DNA from: Dehalococcoidia bacterium
GTDB taxonomy: Bacteria > Chloroflexota > Dehalococcoidia > UBA2979
Direction: 5' to 3'
DNA length: 64,000 nt
Assembly: GCA_963667465.2 (NCBI GenBank)
Contig: CAXXDN010000002.1
Span: 1,248,001 to 1,312,000, forward strand
The notes under the pieces are model-generated. The model was given only the letters and a program-made list of their open reading frames with translations. It ran no database searches and was not told the origin of the DNA. Both the position numbers and the translations under genes were made by a program. How positions within the stretch are numbered: position 1 is the first letter of the stretch; every line of letters begins with the position of its first letter. Shown piece after piece: positions 49,209-59,593 of the stretch.

Positions 49209-49212
49209 GCCG

Positions 49213-49572
49213 CTACCAGAAGCCGCCGGGGTTCACGTAGTCGCCGAGGAACGTGCCGCCCAGCACGTGGATGTGCGCGTGCTCCTGCGACTGCTTGGCC
49301 TCCCAGCCGGCGTTCGAGACCAGCCGGTAGCCGTTCGGGCAGTGCTCGCGCCCCACTTCCGAGGCGATACGCCCCACCTCGGCGAGCAGGTCGCTCTCCC
49401 AGAGCTGCTCCTGGGTCATGTGCTCCCGGGGTACGGCGAGCAGCATCACCGGCACCCAGCGCAGCTGGTTGCGGAAGACGATCACGCGCTCGGAGTCGTG
49501 GAGCACGTCGGCCGGGGCCTGGCCGGCGATGATCCGGCAGAAGATGCAGTAGCGCTCGAATGTGATCGGCAA
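49213..49572 (-). CDS. HIT-family nucleotide-binding protein
   Basis: CIFCRII, HAHIHVLGG. Confidence 0.88.
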   Translation of the reverse strand: MPITFERYCIFCRIIAGQAPADVLHDSERVIVFRNQLRWVPVMLLAVPREHMTQEQLWESDLLAEVGRIASEVGREHCPNGYRLVSNAGWEAKQSQEHAHIHVLGGTFLGDYVNPGGFW

Positions 49573-49673
49573 TACCTTCCACGCGGGCGCGCTGTGGCCC
49601 GGCGAACGCTCCGCCGCAGCCTAACCGCGGCCCGCCGGGAGCGGCTACCCCGGCGCAATCGAGGAGACCTCCC

Positions 49674-50954
49674 ATCGTCGAGATCGCCCCCTTCCGCGGA
49701 CTCCGCTACGACCCCTCGCGCGTGAACCCGGACGCCGTCATCGCCCCGCCCTACGACGTGGTCGACGAGGACGAGGTGGCCGCCCTGCACGCCAGCTCGC
49801 CCTACAACATCGGTCGCGTCGAGGCGCCTCGCGGCGGCGGCGAGCGCTTCGAGGGCGCGGCGGCTGCGCTGCGCGCATGGGAGGCCGAGGGCGTCCTGCT
49901 GCGCGAGGCCGCACCCGCGCTCTACGCCTACGAGCAGCGCACGCGCATCGAGGGCGACGCTGGCCCGCCCCGCGTCCGGCGGGGCTACTTCGCGCGGCTG
50001 CGCCTGACCCCCTATGAGGCCGGCGAGGTGCTGCCGCACGAGCGCACGATGGCCGCACCGAAAGCGGAGCGGCTGGCGCTCATGGAGGCGACGCAGGCGA
50101 ACGTGAGCCCGATCCTCGTGATCTCCGGTGCGAACACGGACGCGACGACGCTGCTCGCAGAGGTCGCCGCGCGCGAGCCGGCGTTCGCTGCCACGGACGG
50201 CCGGGGCGACGAGCACCGGCTCTGGGTGATCGACGACCCCTCGGAGATCGCGCGGCTCGTCGAGGCGGCCGCAGCCGCGCCGGTCACGATCGCCGATGGC
50301 CACCACCGCTACGAGACGGCGCTCGAACACCTCGCAGGCCGCGACGAGGAGGGGCGCCGCTGGATGCTCGCCTGCCTCGTGCCCGCGAACGCTCCGGGCC
50401 TCGACATCTTCCCCACGCACCGCCTCGTGCCCGGCGCGGATGTGTCCGCGCGTCTTGTCGGAGGCATCGAGGCCCGCTACGACATCGAGCCGCTCGCGCC
50501 GGGCGGCGCGGGCGCCGAGGCCGCCGGGCGGCTCTGGGAGGCCGTGCAGGCGGAGGCGTCGCAACCCGGCACGTTCGGCGTCATCGGGCTCCCGGGCGGC
50601 GGGCTGCACCTGCTGCGCCCTCGTTCGCCCGAGGAGATCGACGCGCTGATGCCCGCCGAGTGGTCCGCGGCGTCACGCGCGCTCGACGCGCAGATCCTCA
50701 ACCAGACGATCCTCGAGCCGCTGCTCGGCATCGACGCCGCGGAGCTGCGCGCGGGACGCGTGCAGTTCAGCGAGGACGCCGCACACGCCGCGGAGTGGGT
50801 ACGGGCCGAGCCGGGCCGCCTCGCCTTCCTCGTCAATCCGCCGAGCGTCGATCGGGTCGTCGCGATGGCGAGCGCCGGCGGCGTGATGCCGCAGAAGGCG
50901 ACCTATTTCTACCCGAAGCTCGCGACGGGGATGGTCCTCAACCGCCTCGACTGA
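49674..50954 (+). CDS. DUF1015-family protein (probable ATC start)
   Basis: IAPFRGLRY, PPYDV, PHERT, IADGHHRYET, MPQKATYFYPK; GAGGAG 7 nt upstream of ATC 49674. Confidence 0.88.
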   Translation: MVEIAPFRGLRYDPSRVNPDAVIAPPYDVVDEDEVAALHASSPYNIGRVEAPRGGGERFEGAAAALRAWEAEGVLLREAAPALYAYEQRTRIEGDAGPPRVRRGYFARLRLTPYEAGEVLPHERTMAAPKAERLALMEATQANVSPILVISGANTDATTLLAEVAAREPAFAATDGRGDEHRLWVIDDPSEIARLVEAAAAAPVTIADGHHRYETALEHLAGRDEEGRRWMLACLVPANAPGLDIFPTHRLVPGADVSARLVGGIEARYDIEPLAPGGAGAEAAGRLWEAVQAEASQPGTFGVIGLPGGGLHLLRPRSPEEIDALMPAEWSAASRALDAQILNQTILEPLLGIDAAELRAGRVQFSEDAAHAAEWVRAEPGRLAFLVNPPSVDRVVAMASAGGVMPQKATYFYPKLATGMVLNRLD

Positions 50955-50980
50955 CCGCGCGGGCCGGCCGCGAACTACAG

Positions 50981-52561
50981 CTAGGTAAGGTTGATCTGCC
51001 GCACGCCGGAGATCGCGTCGAGCGTCTCGAGGGCGGCGCGCTCGGAGGCTGTCAGCGGGCGGTCGATGCCGAGCACCATCAGCGCCCGGCCCTCCTCGCC
51101 GCTGGCCACGGACATGAAGTTGATGTTGATCGACCAGTCGCCGAGCAGGCTGCCGACGCGCCCGACCATGCCGGGCCGGTCGACGTTCTCGACCGCGAGC
51201 ACGTAGGGCGCCGCGCCGGGGGCGAACTCGACCTCGAAGCCGTCGATGCCGACGATGCGCACGCCAGCCTGTGTGTGGGTGGCGGACACGCCGGTGGAGC
51301 CGCCGTCCGAGATGACGCGCACGACCACGAGGTTCGCGTAGGGCTCACGTGCCGCGCCGCGGTCCTCGACGATGCCGATGCCGTGCTGCCGCGCCTCCTG
51401 GTCGGCGTTGACGATCGTCACCTTGCCGTGCGAGACGGGCTCCAGCACGCCAACGATCGCGGCCGCGCGCAGCGGGCCCACCTCGTGGTTCGCGATCTCG
51501 CCGAGGTAGTCGATGCGCAGCTGCGCTAGCTGGCCGCCCTGCAGCTGGGACGCGACGCTCGCGGCGACCTCGGCAGCGTCGAGGTAGGGGCCGATGATCG
51601 CCATCGTCTCCGGGTCCACCAGCGGCGCGTTGACGGCGAAGCGGGCGGGCCGCCCCGCGAGCACCGCCAGCACCTCGTCGACCACCTCGACGGCGGCGCG
51701 GTCCTGCGCCTCGGCCGTGGAGGCGGCGAGGTGCGGCGTGACGACGACGCCGGAGGTGGTCGTGAGCACGTTGCCGATCGCCGGTTCCTCGCTGAAGACG
51801 TCGATCGCGGCCCCGGCGATCACGCCGCCCTCGACGGCTTCGTGCAGGGCCTGCTCGTCGACGAGCGCGCCGCGCGCGGTGTTCACGAGGTAGGCGCCCG
51901 GCTTCATGCGCGCCAGCTGTTCGCTGCCGATCAGGCCGCGCGTGCCCTCGTGCAGCGCGGTGTGCAGCGTCACGAAATCGGACTGCTCCAGCAGCTCGTC
52001 GAGCGAGACCAGCTCGACGCCAAGTGAGGCCGCGCGCTCGCTGGAGACGAACGGGTCGTGCGCGACGACGCGCATCTCGAAGGCGCGCGCGCGCTGGGCC
52101 ACGCCCGAGCCGATGCGCCCGAGGCCAACCACGCCGAGCGTGTGCCCGGCCAGCTCGACGCCCTGCAGCCTGCTGCGCTCCCAGCGCCCCTCGCGCAGCG
52201 AGGCGTGGCCCTGCGGCACGTTGCGCGCGACCGCGAGCAGCATCGCGAAGGCGTGCTCGATGGCGGACAGGGTGTTGGACAGCGGCGCGTTGACGACGAC
52301 GACGCCGCGCGCCGTCGCCGCAGCGAGGTCGATGTTGTCGACGCCGACGCCGGCGCGGCCAATCACCTCGAGCTGAGGGGCGGCCTCGATCACGCGCGCG
52401 GTCACCTGGGTCTGGCTGCGCACGATGATGCCGGTCACCTCGGCGACGGCCTCGACGAGTTCGTCCTCGCTCAGGCCGGTGCGGACGACGGTGTCGTGAC
52501 GTTCCCGCAGGCGCTCGATGCCCTGTTCGGCGATCTGGTCGGCGACGAGGACGGTCGCCAT
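50981..52561 (-). CDS. serA: D-3-phosphoglycerate dehydrogenase with ACT domain
   Basis: RAGVGVDNID, GLGRIG, NTARG, TPHLAAST.EAQ, NVDRPG. Confidence 0.94.
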   Translation of the reverse strand: MATVLVADQIAEQGIERLRERHDTVVRTGLSEDELVEAVAEVTGIIVRSQTQVTARVIEAAPQLEVIGRAGVGVDNIDLAAATARGVVVVNAPLSNTLSAIEHAFAMLLAVARNVPQGHASLREGRWERSRLQGVELAGHTLGVVGLGRIGSGVAQRARAFEMRVVAHDPFVSSERAASLGVELVSLDELLEQSDFVTLHTALHEGTRGLIGSEQLARMKPGAYLVNTARGALVDEQALHEAVEGGVIAGAAIDVFSEEPAIGNVLTTTSGVVVTPHLAASTAEAQDRAAVEVVDEVLAVLAGRPARFAVNAPLVDPETMAIIGPYLDAAEVAASVASQLQGGQLAQLRIDYLGEIANHEVGPLRAAAIVGVLEPVSHGKVTIVNADQEARQHGIGIVEDRGAAREPYANLVVVRVISDGGSTGVSATHTQAGVRIVGIDGFEVEFAPGAAPYVLAVENVDRPGMVGRVGSLLGDWSININFMSVASGEEGRALMVLGIDRPLTASERAALETLDAISGVRQINLT

Positions 52562-52587
52562 CGAGCGGGCCTCCGTCGCTCCGCGCG

Positions 52588-53691
52588 CTACCCGCCGGCC
52601 GCCGCCGGCACGGCGTGGCCGAGCTTCGCGAGGCTGCCGCGCAGCGCCTCGAGGCCTCCTGCGACATCCTTGTCGGTCGTATAGCCGAGGTGGCCGAAGC
52701 GGATGATCTTGCCTCCGAGGCTCGCCTGGCCGCCGGCGAAGACGGTGTCGTAGTCCGTGCGGGCGATCGCCCGGACCTCGTCGGCGGAGATGCCCTCGGG
52801 CGGCAGCATGGCGGTCACGGTGTCGGAGCGGAAGCCCTCGGCGCCGTAGAGCTCGAGGCCCAGTGTCTCGAGGCCGGCGCGGACGCGCGAGGCGGTCGCG
52901 TGGTGGCGCGCCCAGACGGCCTCCATGCCCTCGGCGCGCAGCATGCGCAGCGCCTGCCGCAACTGGAACATGAGCGAGATCGCCGGCGTCCACGGCGTCT
53001 GGCCGGCCTCCTGCGAGCTCTGCGCCCGCCGCAGGTCGAGGTACATGCGGGGCGTGGTGCAGCGCTCCTGCGCCTCCCAGGCGCGATCGCTGACGCTGAC
53101 GAAGGCGAGCCCCGGCGCCGTCATCCAGCCCTTCTGCGAGCCGGACACGACCACGTCCAGGCCCCACGCGTCCGTCTCCAGCGGAATCGAGGAGAGCGAC
53201 GAGATGGCGTCGACGATCAGCAGCCGGTCGTGCTTGCGGACGACCCGCGCGATCTCCTCGAGCGGGTTGGTCACACCCGTCGAGGTCTCGTTGTGCGTCA
53301 CGAGCACGGCGCGGATCGCGGGGTCCGCGGCGAGGGCGTCGTCGATGCGTGCCGGGTCGGCGGCGCTGCCGTACACGAAGCCGAGGTGCACCGGGTCGCC
53401 GCCGTAGATGCGGATCAGCTCCAGGAAGCGCTCGCCGAAGACGCCGATCGTCACCACGAGCACGCGGTCGCCGGGCGAGACGTGGTTAACGACGGCGGCC
53501 TCCATGCCGGAGGTGCCGGAGCCGGACAGGGTGAGCACGTCGTTGGTGGTGCGGCAGGCGTAGCGCAGGCCCTCGTGGATCTCGCCGATCAGCTCGGCGA
53601 ACTCCGGGCCGCGATGGTTGATCATGGGTGCCGAGCCGGCCTCGACGACTTCCGCGGGAACGGGAATCGGGCCCGGCGTACGCAGGTTCAC
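52588..53691 (-). CDS. Class-V PLP aminotransferase (alanine-glyoxylate/serine-pyruvate type; probably serves as SerC)
   Basis: TPGP, HNETSTG, DAISS, SGSQK, RFGHLG; directly upstream of serA. Confidence 0.9.
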   Translation of the reverse strand: MNLRTPGPIPVPAEVVEAGSAPMINHRGPEFAELIGEIHEGLRYACRTTNDVLTLSGSGTSGMEAAVVNHVSPGDRVLVVTIGVFGERFLELIRIYGGDPVHLGFVYGSAADPARIDDALAADPAIRAVLVTHNETSTGVTNPLEEIARVVRKHDRLLIVDAISSLSSIPLETDAWGLDVVVSGSQKGWMTAPGLAFVSVSDRAWEAQERCTTPRMYLDLRRAQSSQEAGQTPWTPAISLMFQLRQALRMLRAEGMEAVWARHHATASRVRAGLETLGLELYGAEGFRSDTVTAMLPPEGISADEVRAIARTDYDTVFAGGQASLGGKIIRFGHLGYTTDKDVAGGLEALRGSLAKLGHAVPAAAGG

Positions 53692-53797
53692 GGTGCCTCC
53701 GGGGACGGGGATTCAGGTCGGCTCAATGGGCGGGATTATCGTCCACCCGCACCCCGATAGCGTCAACGCAAGGGGTGGGCGTGGCGGGCGGCGGGCC

Positions 53798-56700
53798 TCA
53801 GCGGTCCTTGCGGCGTTCGCTGCGTTCGCCGCCGCCGCTGAAGACGACGCGCGTGCGCTTGCCGCCATGGATCTGCGGCTCGGCCGCGAGCTTGCGCCGA
53901 AGCAGCGCCATCGGCCCGTCCGGCTCGCAGAGCGAGTCGGGCAGCCCGAGTACGTCCACCAGTAGCGCACGATCGAGTTCGGCACGCGCCTCGTCCTCGT
54001 CGATCTGGTCGAACGGCAGGAACTGCCGCGTCCGAAGAGCCTCGAAGGCGTCTTGTGCGGCGCGGTGTTGCTCCGCCGACAACTCCCGCACGTCAAGCGC
54101 CGGGATACGCGGGATGCCTGTGACGGTCGTCGTCCCGCGCCCGGATTGCGTCTTGTTCGCCGTCCACCAGTGCAGCAGGAGCCCGAGCGTCGAGTTACAC
54201 CACAGCACGAAGGCGTACTCGTGATCGCGGTTCTCGAAGATCACAGATGGCCAGGCCCGCCCTCCGATGCAACGCCGCTCGGTTATCGCGACGATGAGGG
54301 ACTGCGAGTTGAACTGCACGTCGGTGCTGTAGTGCACGCGCGTGGCGGTCGCCCAAATGCGGGCTGCCTTCTCGTTGATCGCGGGCTGGGCGTCGGGCAC
54401 CCCAGCCTTGATCTGGCCCTCGGCGTCAGCCTCGACTACGAGCCTGCGTTCCCGCTTGTTGTCGTGCGCCCACAGCATCGGGTAGGTAGGGACAGGGTTG
54501 AGCGGAGGTTGGAGGCGCTCGAATGGGCCACGAGCGTACCCGCTGCGGGTCGTTTCCGTAATGTCGCGGTGAACCGGCCCGCGCCCAGCGAAATCGGCGA
54601 TGGGGGCCACGGGGACGCGGACGCCGACGGCGCCCGGGTCGCGGGGCGAGACGAGAAGTCCGCGTGCGAGAGAGTAGGCGGCCTGCGCCAGCGACATGTC
54701 GGCGACGCCGACCAGCGGCCACGGCCCCTCGTCAGGAAGAGGGCAATCGAGCAGGTGGCCGCAGTGGTCGTCGCCGAGGAGGATGGGAGTGCTGCCCACT
54801 GGGCCGTCCTCCAGTCGCCGTATTCGGCCTTGCCCGATCGTGCGCCGGATCGCGTCAGCGATGAGCTGGCTGCGGATGGCGGACGTCGGCTGCTGGCTGA
54901 GTACGGCGAAGACTGATCTCGGTCGGTCGGTCGGTCGGTCGGTCGGTCGGTCGGTCGGTCGGTCGGTCGGTCGGTCGGTCGGTCGGTCGGTCGGTCGGTC
55001 GGTCGGTCGGTCGGTCGGTCGGTCGGTCGGTCGGTCGGTCGGTCGGTCGGTCGGTCGGTCGGTCGGTCGGTCGGTCGGTCGGTCGGTCGGTCGGTCGGTC
55101 GGTCGGTCGGTCGGTCGGTCGGTCGGTCGGTCGGTCGGTCGGTCGGTCGGTCGGTCGGTCGGTCGGTCGTCTCTGACACTACCGTATCACGGGTAGCCAC
55201 CACGAGGCACTCGGCCATGCCCGTGTCCGCAGAGAACGAGCTGGCTTCAGATGCGGCCCCAGCGATCGTCACCACGAGCGCGTCGCGATAATGCTCGCAC
55301 CACTGCGCGCGGATCGCATCCCACGATCCACCGCTTACCGCGCTGAGTGGCAGCACGAGCGCCACCGCTCCTCCCACACTAAACGTGCGGTGCACCTCGC
55401 TTCCGTCGTCGTCCGCGGCAGCGCCGATCCGCACCTTGCGGTGCGCGAGCTCGGCGAAGTGCGACGCCAGCCCGGCGTTGTCGTTCGACGGGGCGTCGTC
55501 CGTCAGGCTTCGCACACGCGCGGACATTCGTGCCTGTTCCCGCGGGGTGGTGTCGAACGCGGCGTAGGCCGGGATGGGTACGTCGGCGTGAGCTGCCTCG
55601 TGGTTCGTGGGACGGGTGAACGGGGGATTCATGATCACAAGGTCGAACTGACCATGGGCCACGCGGGTCACGAGGTCCTGAACGTCCTCTGGTCGGCGAC
55701 CGCCCGCAGTCGTGGCAGCCGCCTGGCCGATGAGGCGCGGCTGCTCGTGCGCCGCGAGCAGGTCGAGCGAGCCAATCCGCACCTGGCGTCCGCGCTGCCG
55801 ACCGTACGGCATCGTCAACAGGCACTCCCCCTCGAACGGCGTGGCGGGCTGGGAGCCGGCGAGCATGGCGGCAGTGAGGTGTACGGCGATGTTGAGCACG
55901 TCGAGGCCGACGAGACCGTTCTTCATCATCGGTCCGTGGAGCTTCGCGGGATCGCCGCCATGCAGTTCGTGCAGTAACGAGAGCCGCGAGTAGGCGGCGG
56001 AGAGCAGCGTGCCCGTCCCACAGGCAAAGTCGCCGATCTGGAGCGAGGCCAGGGTGTCCTCGTCGCCCCACTCGGCCCCGCCCGGCGGCCGGTCGGTCGG
56101 CAGTGCGAGGCCCGCCAGCAGGGCCGCGGCGGCGGGCCGCGTGTAGTACGTGGCGAGGAACTTGCGGTCGGCGATCAACCGCTGGAAGACCACGCCCGTA
56201 AGGTCGTGCGAGCGGGTGATGCCGCCTGCGACCAGCCGCTGCGCCGTCCTCCACAGTGGTGCGAGCACGGCCTGAGCGGTTTCAGCGGGCAGGGAATGGT
56301 CACGGGAGGGATCGAGCAGCGCCTTCGCCGTGCCGAAGATCGGCCAGTAGTTGCGTTCGAGGATCGCGTCCCATTCGGCGAGCAGCGCCTCGCGATCGAA
56401 TATGCCGTCCGTCCGGAACGCCTCGACCGTCCGCACGGGCCGCTCGTCGCCCTCCGGGGCAACCTGGAAGTCGGCCTGGGCGAGCGCTTCGTGGAACACC
56501 ACCGCGTTGACGATCACTGTCATCGCCATGCGCCGCGACTGGCCACCCGGGTCGTCGGTCTGTTCGAGAACTCCGGCCAGCGCACGGCCTCGATCGCCGT
56601 CGTACTCGTGGCGCTCCGCGGACGCCTCCGCAGCCTCCTCGACGCCGTGCTCCAGTTCGTCGGCAAGCGCCTGGACGCGGGGAGCGGGCGTGGCTGCGCG

Positions 56701-57150
56701 CTGCACGAGCATCGCGAGGTCACGTACCGAGCCACGCAGCCACCCCGCTCCGGGCAACCGCTCCGGCTCGTCGTCCGTCGCCGTGTAGAGCGCGTACTCG
56801 AGCGCGTCGGTCCTCCGGATCGCCGCGCGCAGCGGTCCATCCTGCAACTGCTGAAACGCGGGCGGATAGACGAGGGCAATCGCCGTCTCGATCTGGTGCG
56901 CATTGCCGCTGGGCTTCTTCCCCAGCCGCGCGATCGCGTCTGCCTCGGCGCTCGCGTGGTTCGCCAGCTCGGCCTCGATCACCACGGGCCAGCCTGACGC
57001 TTCGAGCACGAGCACGTCAGGGCGGCCGCCGCCCTGGAGCACGCCGCCTGTGGCCTCGGAGTGGACCGTCCAACTGTCCGGGCGTCGCAGCCCGCGCAGC
57101 ACTTCGCCCAGTGCATCGTTCACGGTCTGTTCGTGCGTGCCCGGGCTCAT
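53798..57150 (-). CDS. Type IIG-like restriction-methyltransferase, frameshifted at a tetranucleotide tract (phase-variable, assembled OFF)
   Basis: PD...EAE N-terminus, YYT, DFACGTG, IMNPPF; the frame after the tract (RSVFAVL...LWCNSTLGLL...EPQIHGGK) parallels the C-terminus of 1063-3915. Confidence 0.85.
54921..55168. repeat. Simple sequence repeat (GGTC)62, i.e. (GACC)62 on the coding strand
   Basis: Counted: 248 nt, perfect. Confidence 0.98.
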
Positions 57151-57187
57151 GCGCCAGAGTCTAACGCGCGCCGACCCTGCAAGCCTG

Positions 57188-59593
57188 CTACCGGACGGCG
57201 GCGAGGAGGGCGACGGTGACGCCGTCGCCGCCTTCCTGGCGCGTGGCGGTTTCGTAGGCGGTGACCAGGGGGTGGCCGTCGAGCAGCTCGCGGACGGCGC
57301 GGCGCAGCGCGCCGGTGCCCTTGCCGTGGATGATGCGCACGCGCTCGCGCCCGGCCCTCGCCGCGTCGTCGAGGAAGGCTTCGACCGAGGGCAGCGCCTC
57401 GGCGACGATCTGGCCGCGGATCTCGATCTGCTCGGGGGCGTTCGGCGCGGGCGGCGTGCGCACCGCGACGATCACCTCGCCGCCGGGCTGCTCGATACGC
57501 TCGACCTGGGCGAGGCGCACGCGGGTGCGCAGCGCGCCGAGCTGCACCTGGAACTCGCCCGCCTCGTCCGGCTCGCTCAGCGCCTCGCCCGGCGAACCGA
57601 TGCCGCGCAGCCAGACGTGCGAGCCGACCTCCGGGACAGGCAGCGTGCGCGGCGCCCTCGCCGCGACTCGCTCCCGAGGGGCGGGCGAGTCTTCGCTCGG
57701 CGGCTCCGGCTCCGGTGGCGGCTCGGGCGCGAGCGCCGCAGCAGCCTCGCGGGCGCGTTCGAGGTCGGCCGCCGCCTGCTCGAGGCGCGCCGACTCCACC
57801 TCGCGGCGCGCGCGTTGCAGCATCCGCTCCGCGTCGCGCACCTCCGCGCGGACGCGCTCGCGCGACTCGGCGCGCAGCCGCTCGCCCTCGTCGGCCAGCG
57901 CCGCGAGCTGCTGCTCGAGGTCGGCGCGCAGTTCCTCGGCGGCGGCGCGGGCGGCGGCGGCGCGGTCGGCGCGATCCTCGGCGGCGCTCAGTTGGGCGCG
58001 CAGCTCGCCGAGCACGGCCTCGAGGTCGCGCTGCTCGTGCGACAGGCCTTCGCGCGCGGCCTCGATGATCGCGCCGGGCATGCCGAGCCGCTCGGCGATG
58101 GCGAGCGCGTTGGACTGGCCCGGCACGCCGATGCGCAGCCGGTAGGTCGGCGCGAGCGTCTCGACATCGAACTCCACCGAGGCGTTGCGCACCGCCGGGT
58201 CGCGGTGCGCGAACAGTTTCAGCTCGCTGTGGTGAGTCGTTGCGATCAGCGTGGCGCCCGCCTCGATCAACCGTCCGGCGATCGCGATCGCGAGCGCCGC
58301 GCCCTCGGTCGGGTCGGTGCCCGCGCCAAGCTCGTCGAGGAGCACGAGCGAGCGTTCCCCGGTGCGCTCGAGGATGTCGATGATCGCGGTGACGTGGCCC
58401 GAGAAGGTGGAGAGCGACTGCTCGATCGACTGCTCGTCGCCGATGTCGGCGAAGACGGCGTCGTAGACGGGGATGCGCGTGCCCTTGTCGGCCGGGACGG
58501 GCAAACCGGCGAGGGCCATCAGCGAGAGCAGCCCGGCGGTCTTGAGGGCGACGGTCTTGCCGCCGGTGTTCGGCCCGGTGATCAGCAGCGCCCGCGTCTC
58601 GCCGCCCGCCTCGATGCTGACGGGCACGACCGCGCCCTCGAGCAGCGGGTGCCGCGCCTCCACGAGGTGGAGCGTGGCGGGGGCCTCGACGAGCCACGGG
58701 ACGTCGCTGCCCGCCTCGGTGAGGTCGGCGGCGCCGATCTCCGCGGCGAGACTCGCCTTGGCCAGCGCGAGGTCGATCCTCGCGAGGCGCTCGACGGCGT
58801 CGACCAGCTCGTGCTCGGCCTCGCCGGCGGCCTCGGAGATGGTGCGCATGATGCGCTCGATCTCGTGGCGCTCCTGCGCCTGCAGCTCGCGCCAGCGGTT
58901 GCCGAGGTCGATCACGGCGAGCGGCTCGACGTAGATCGTCGCGCCGGAGGCAGAGGTGTCGTGGACGATGCCGGGCACGGCGCTGCGCGACTCGGCGCGC
59001 ACGGGCAGCACGTAGCGCCCGTCGCGCAGCGTGACGATCGGGTCCTGCAGCGCCGGGCGCAGCGCCGAGGAGCGCAGCAGCGCCTCCATGCGCTGCTGCA
59101 GGCGGCCGTGTACGGCGTCGCGCTCGCGGCGGATTGCCTCGAGCTCGCGGCTCGCCGAGTCCCGCACCTCGCCGCGCCCGTCGACGGCGGCGGCGATCAG
59201 CCCGCGCAGCGCCTCGAGGTCGGCGAGCCCGGCGGCGCGCGTGGAGAGCAACGGGGTCTCCTGGCGCACCCGCGCAAAGGTGCGCCGCAGCCGCGTCGAG
59301 GCCCTCGCGAGGTCGGCGATCTCCAGCAGCTCCGAGGGCGCGAGTACCTGCCCGCGCCCCGCCGCGCGCGCCGGGGGCCGCACGTCGCGCACGCCGCCCA
59401 GCCCGACCTCGACGCGCAGGGTCCGCAGGCGCACCGCCTCGGCGGTCTCGCGCTGGCGGCGGACGGCGCGATCGCGGTCGGCGACGGGGCGCAGCTCCAG
59501 CGCCAGCTCGCGCCCGGCGGAGAACGACGTCGCGCGAGCGAGCCGCTCCCGGATTGCCGGGAACTCGAGGACGGCGAGCGCCTTATCGTCCAG
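57188..59593 (-). CDS. mutS2: MutS2 with C-terminal Smr domain (probable CTG start)
   Basis: DDKALAVLEF N-terminus, ITGPNTGGKT, DIGDEQSIEQSLSTFS, LDELGAGTDP, IIHGKGTG. Confidence 0.93.
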   Translation of the reverse strand: MDDKALAVLEFPAIRERLARATSFSAGRELALELRPVADRDRAVRRQRETAEAVRLRTLRVEVGLGGVRDVRPPARAAGRGQVLAPSELLEIADLARASTRLRRTFARVRQETPLLSTRAAGLADLEALRGLIAAAVDGRGEVRDSASRELEAIRRERDAVHGRLQQRMEALLRSSALRPALQDPIVTLRDGRYVLPVRAESRSAVPGIVHDTSASGATIYVEPLAVIDLGNRWRELQAQERHEIERIMRTISEAAGEAEHELVDAVERLARIDLALAKASLAAEIGAADLTEAGSDVPWLVEAPATLHLVEARHPLLEGAVVPVSIEAGGETRALLITGPNTGGKTVALKTAGLLSLMALAGLPVPADKGTRIPVYDAVFADIGDEQSIEQSLSTFSGHVTAIIDILERTGERSLVLLDELGAGTDPTEGAALAIAIAGRLIEAGATLIATTHHSELKLFAHRDPAVRNASVEFDVETLAPTYRLRIGVPGQSNALAIAERLGMPGAIIEAAREGLSHEQRDLEAVLGELRAQLSAAEDRADRAAAARAAAEELRADLEQQLAALADEGERLRAESRERVRAEVRDAERMLQRARREVESARLEQAAADLERAREAAAALAPEPPPEPEPPSEDSPAPRERVAARAPRTLPVPEVGSHVWLRGIGSPGEALSEPDEAGEFQVQLGALRTRVRLAQVERIEQPGGEVIVAVRTPPAPNAPEQIEIRGQIVAEALPSVEAFLDDAARAGRERVRIIHGKGTGALRRAVRELLDGHPLVTAYETATRQEGGDGVTVALLAAVR

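Noticed and set aside
54696-55196. Plus-strand ORF with GRSV repeats; tract as a CRISPR array
   Set aside because: Antisense reading of a pure 4-nt repeat; no spacers or cas genes
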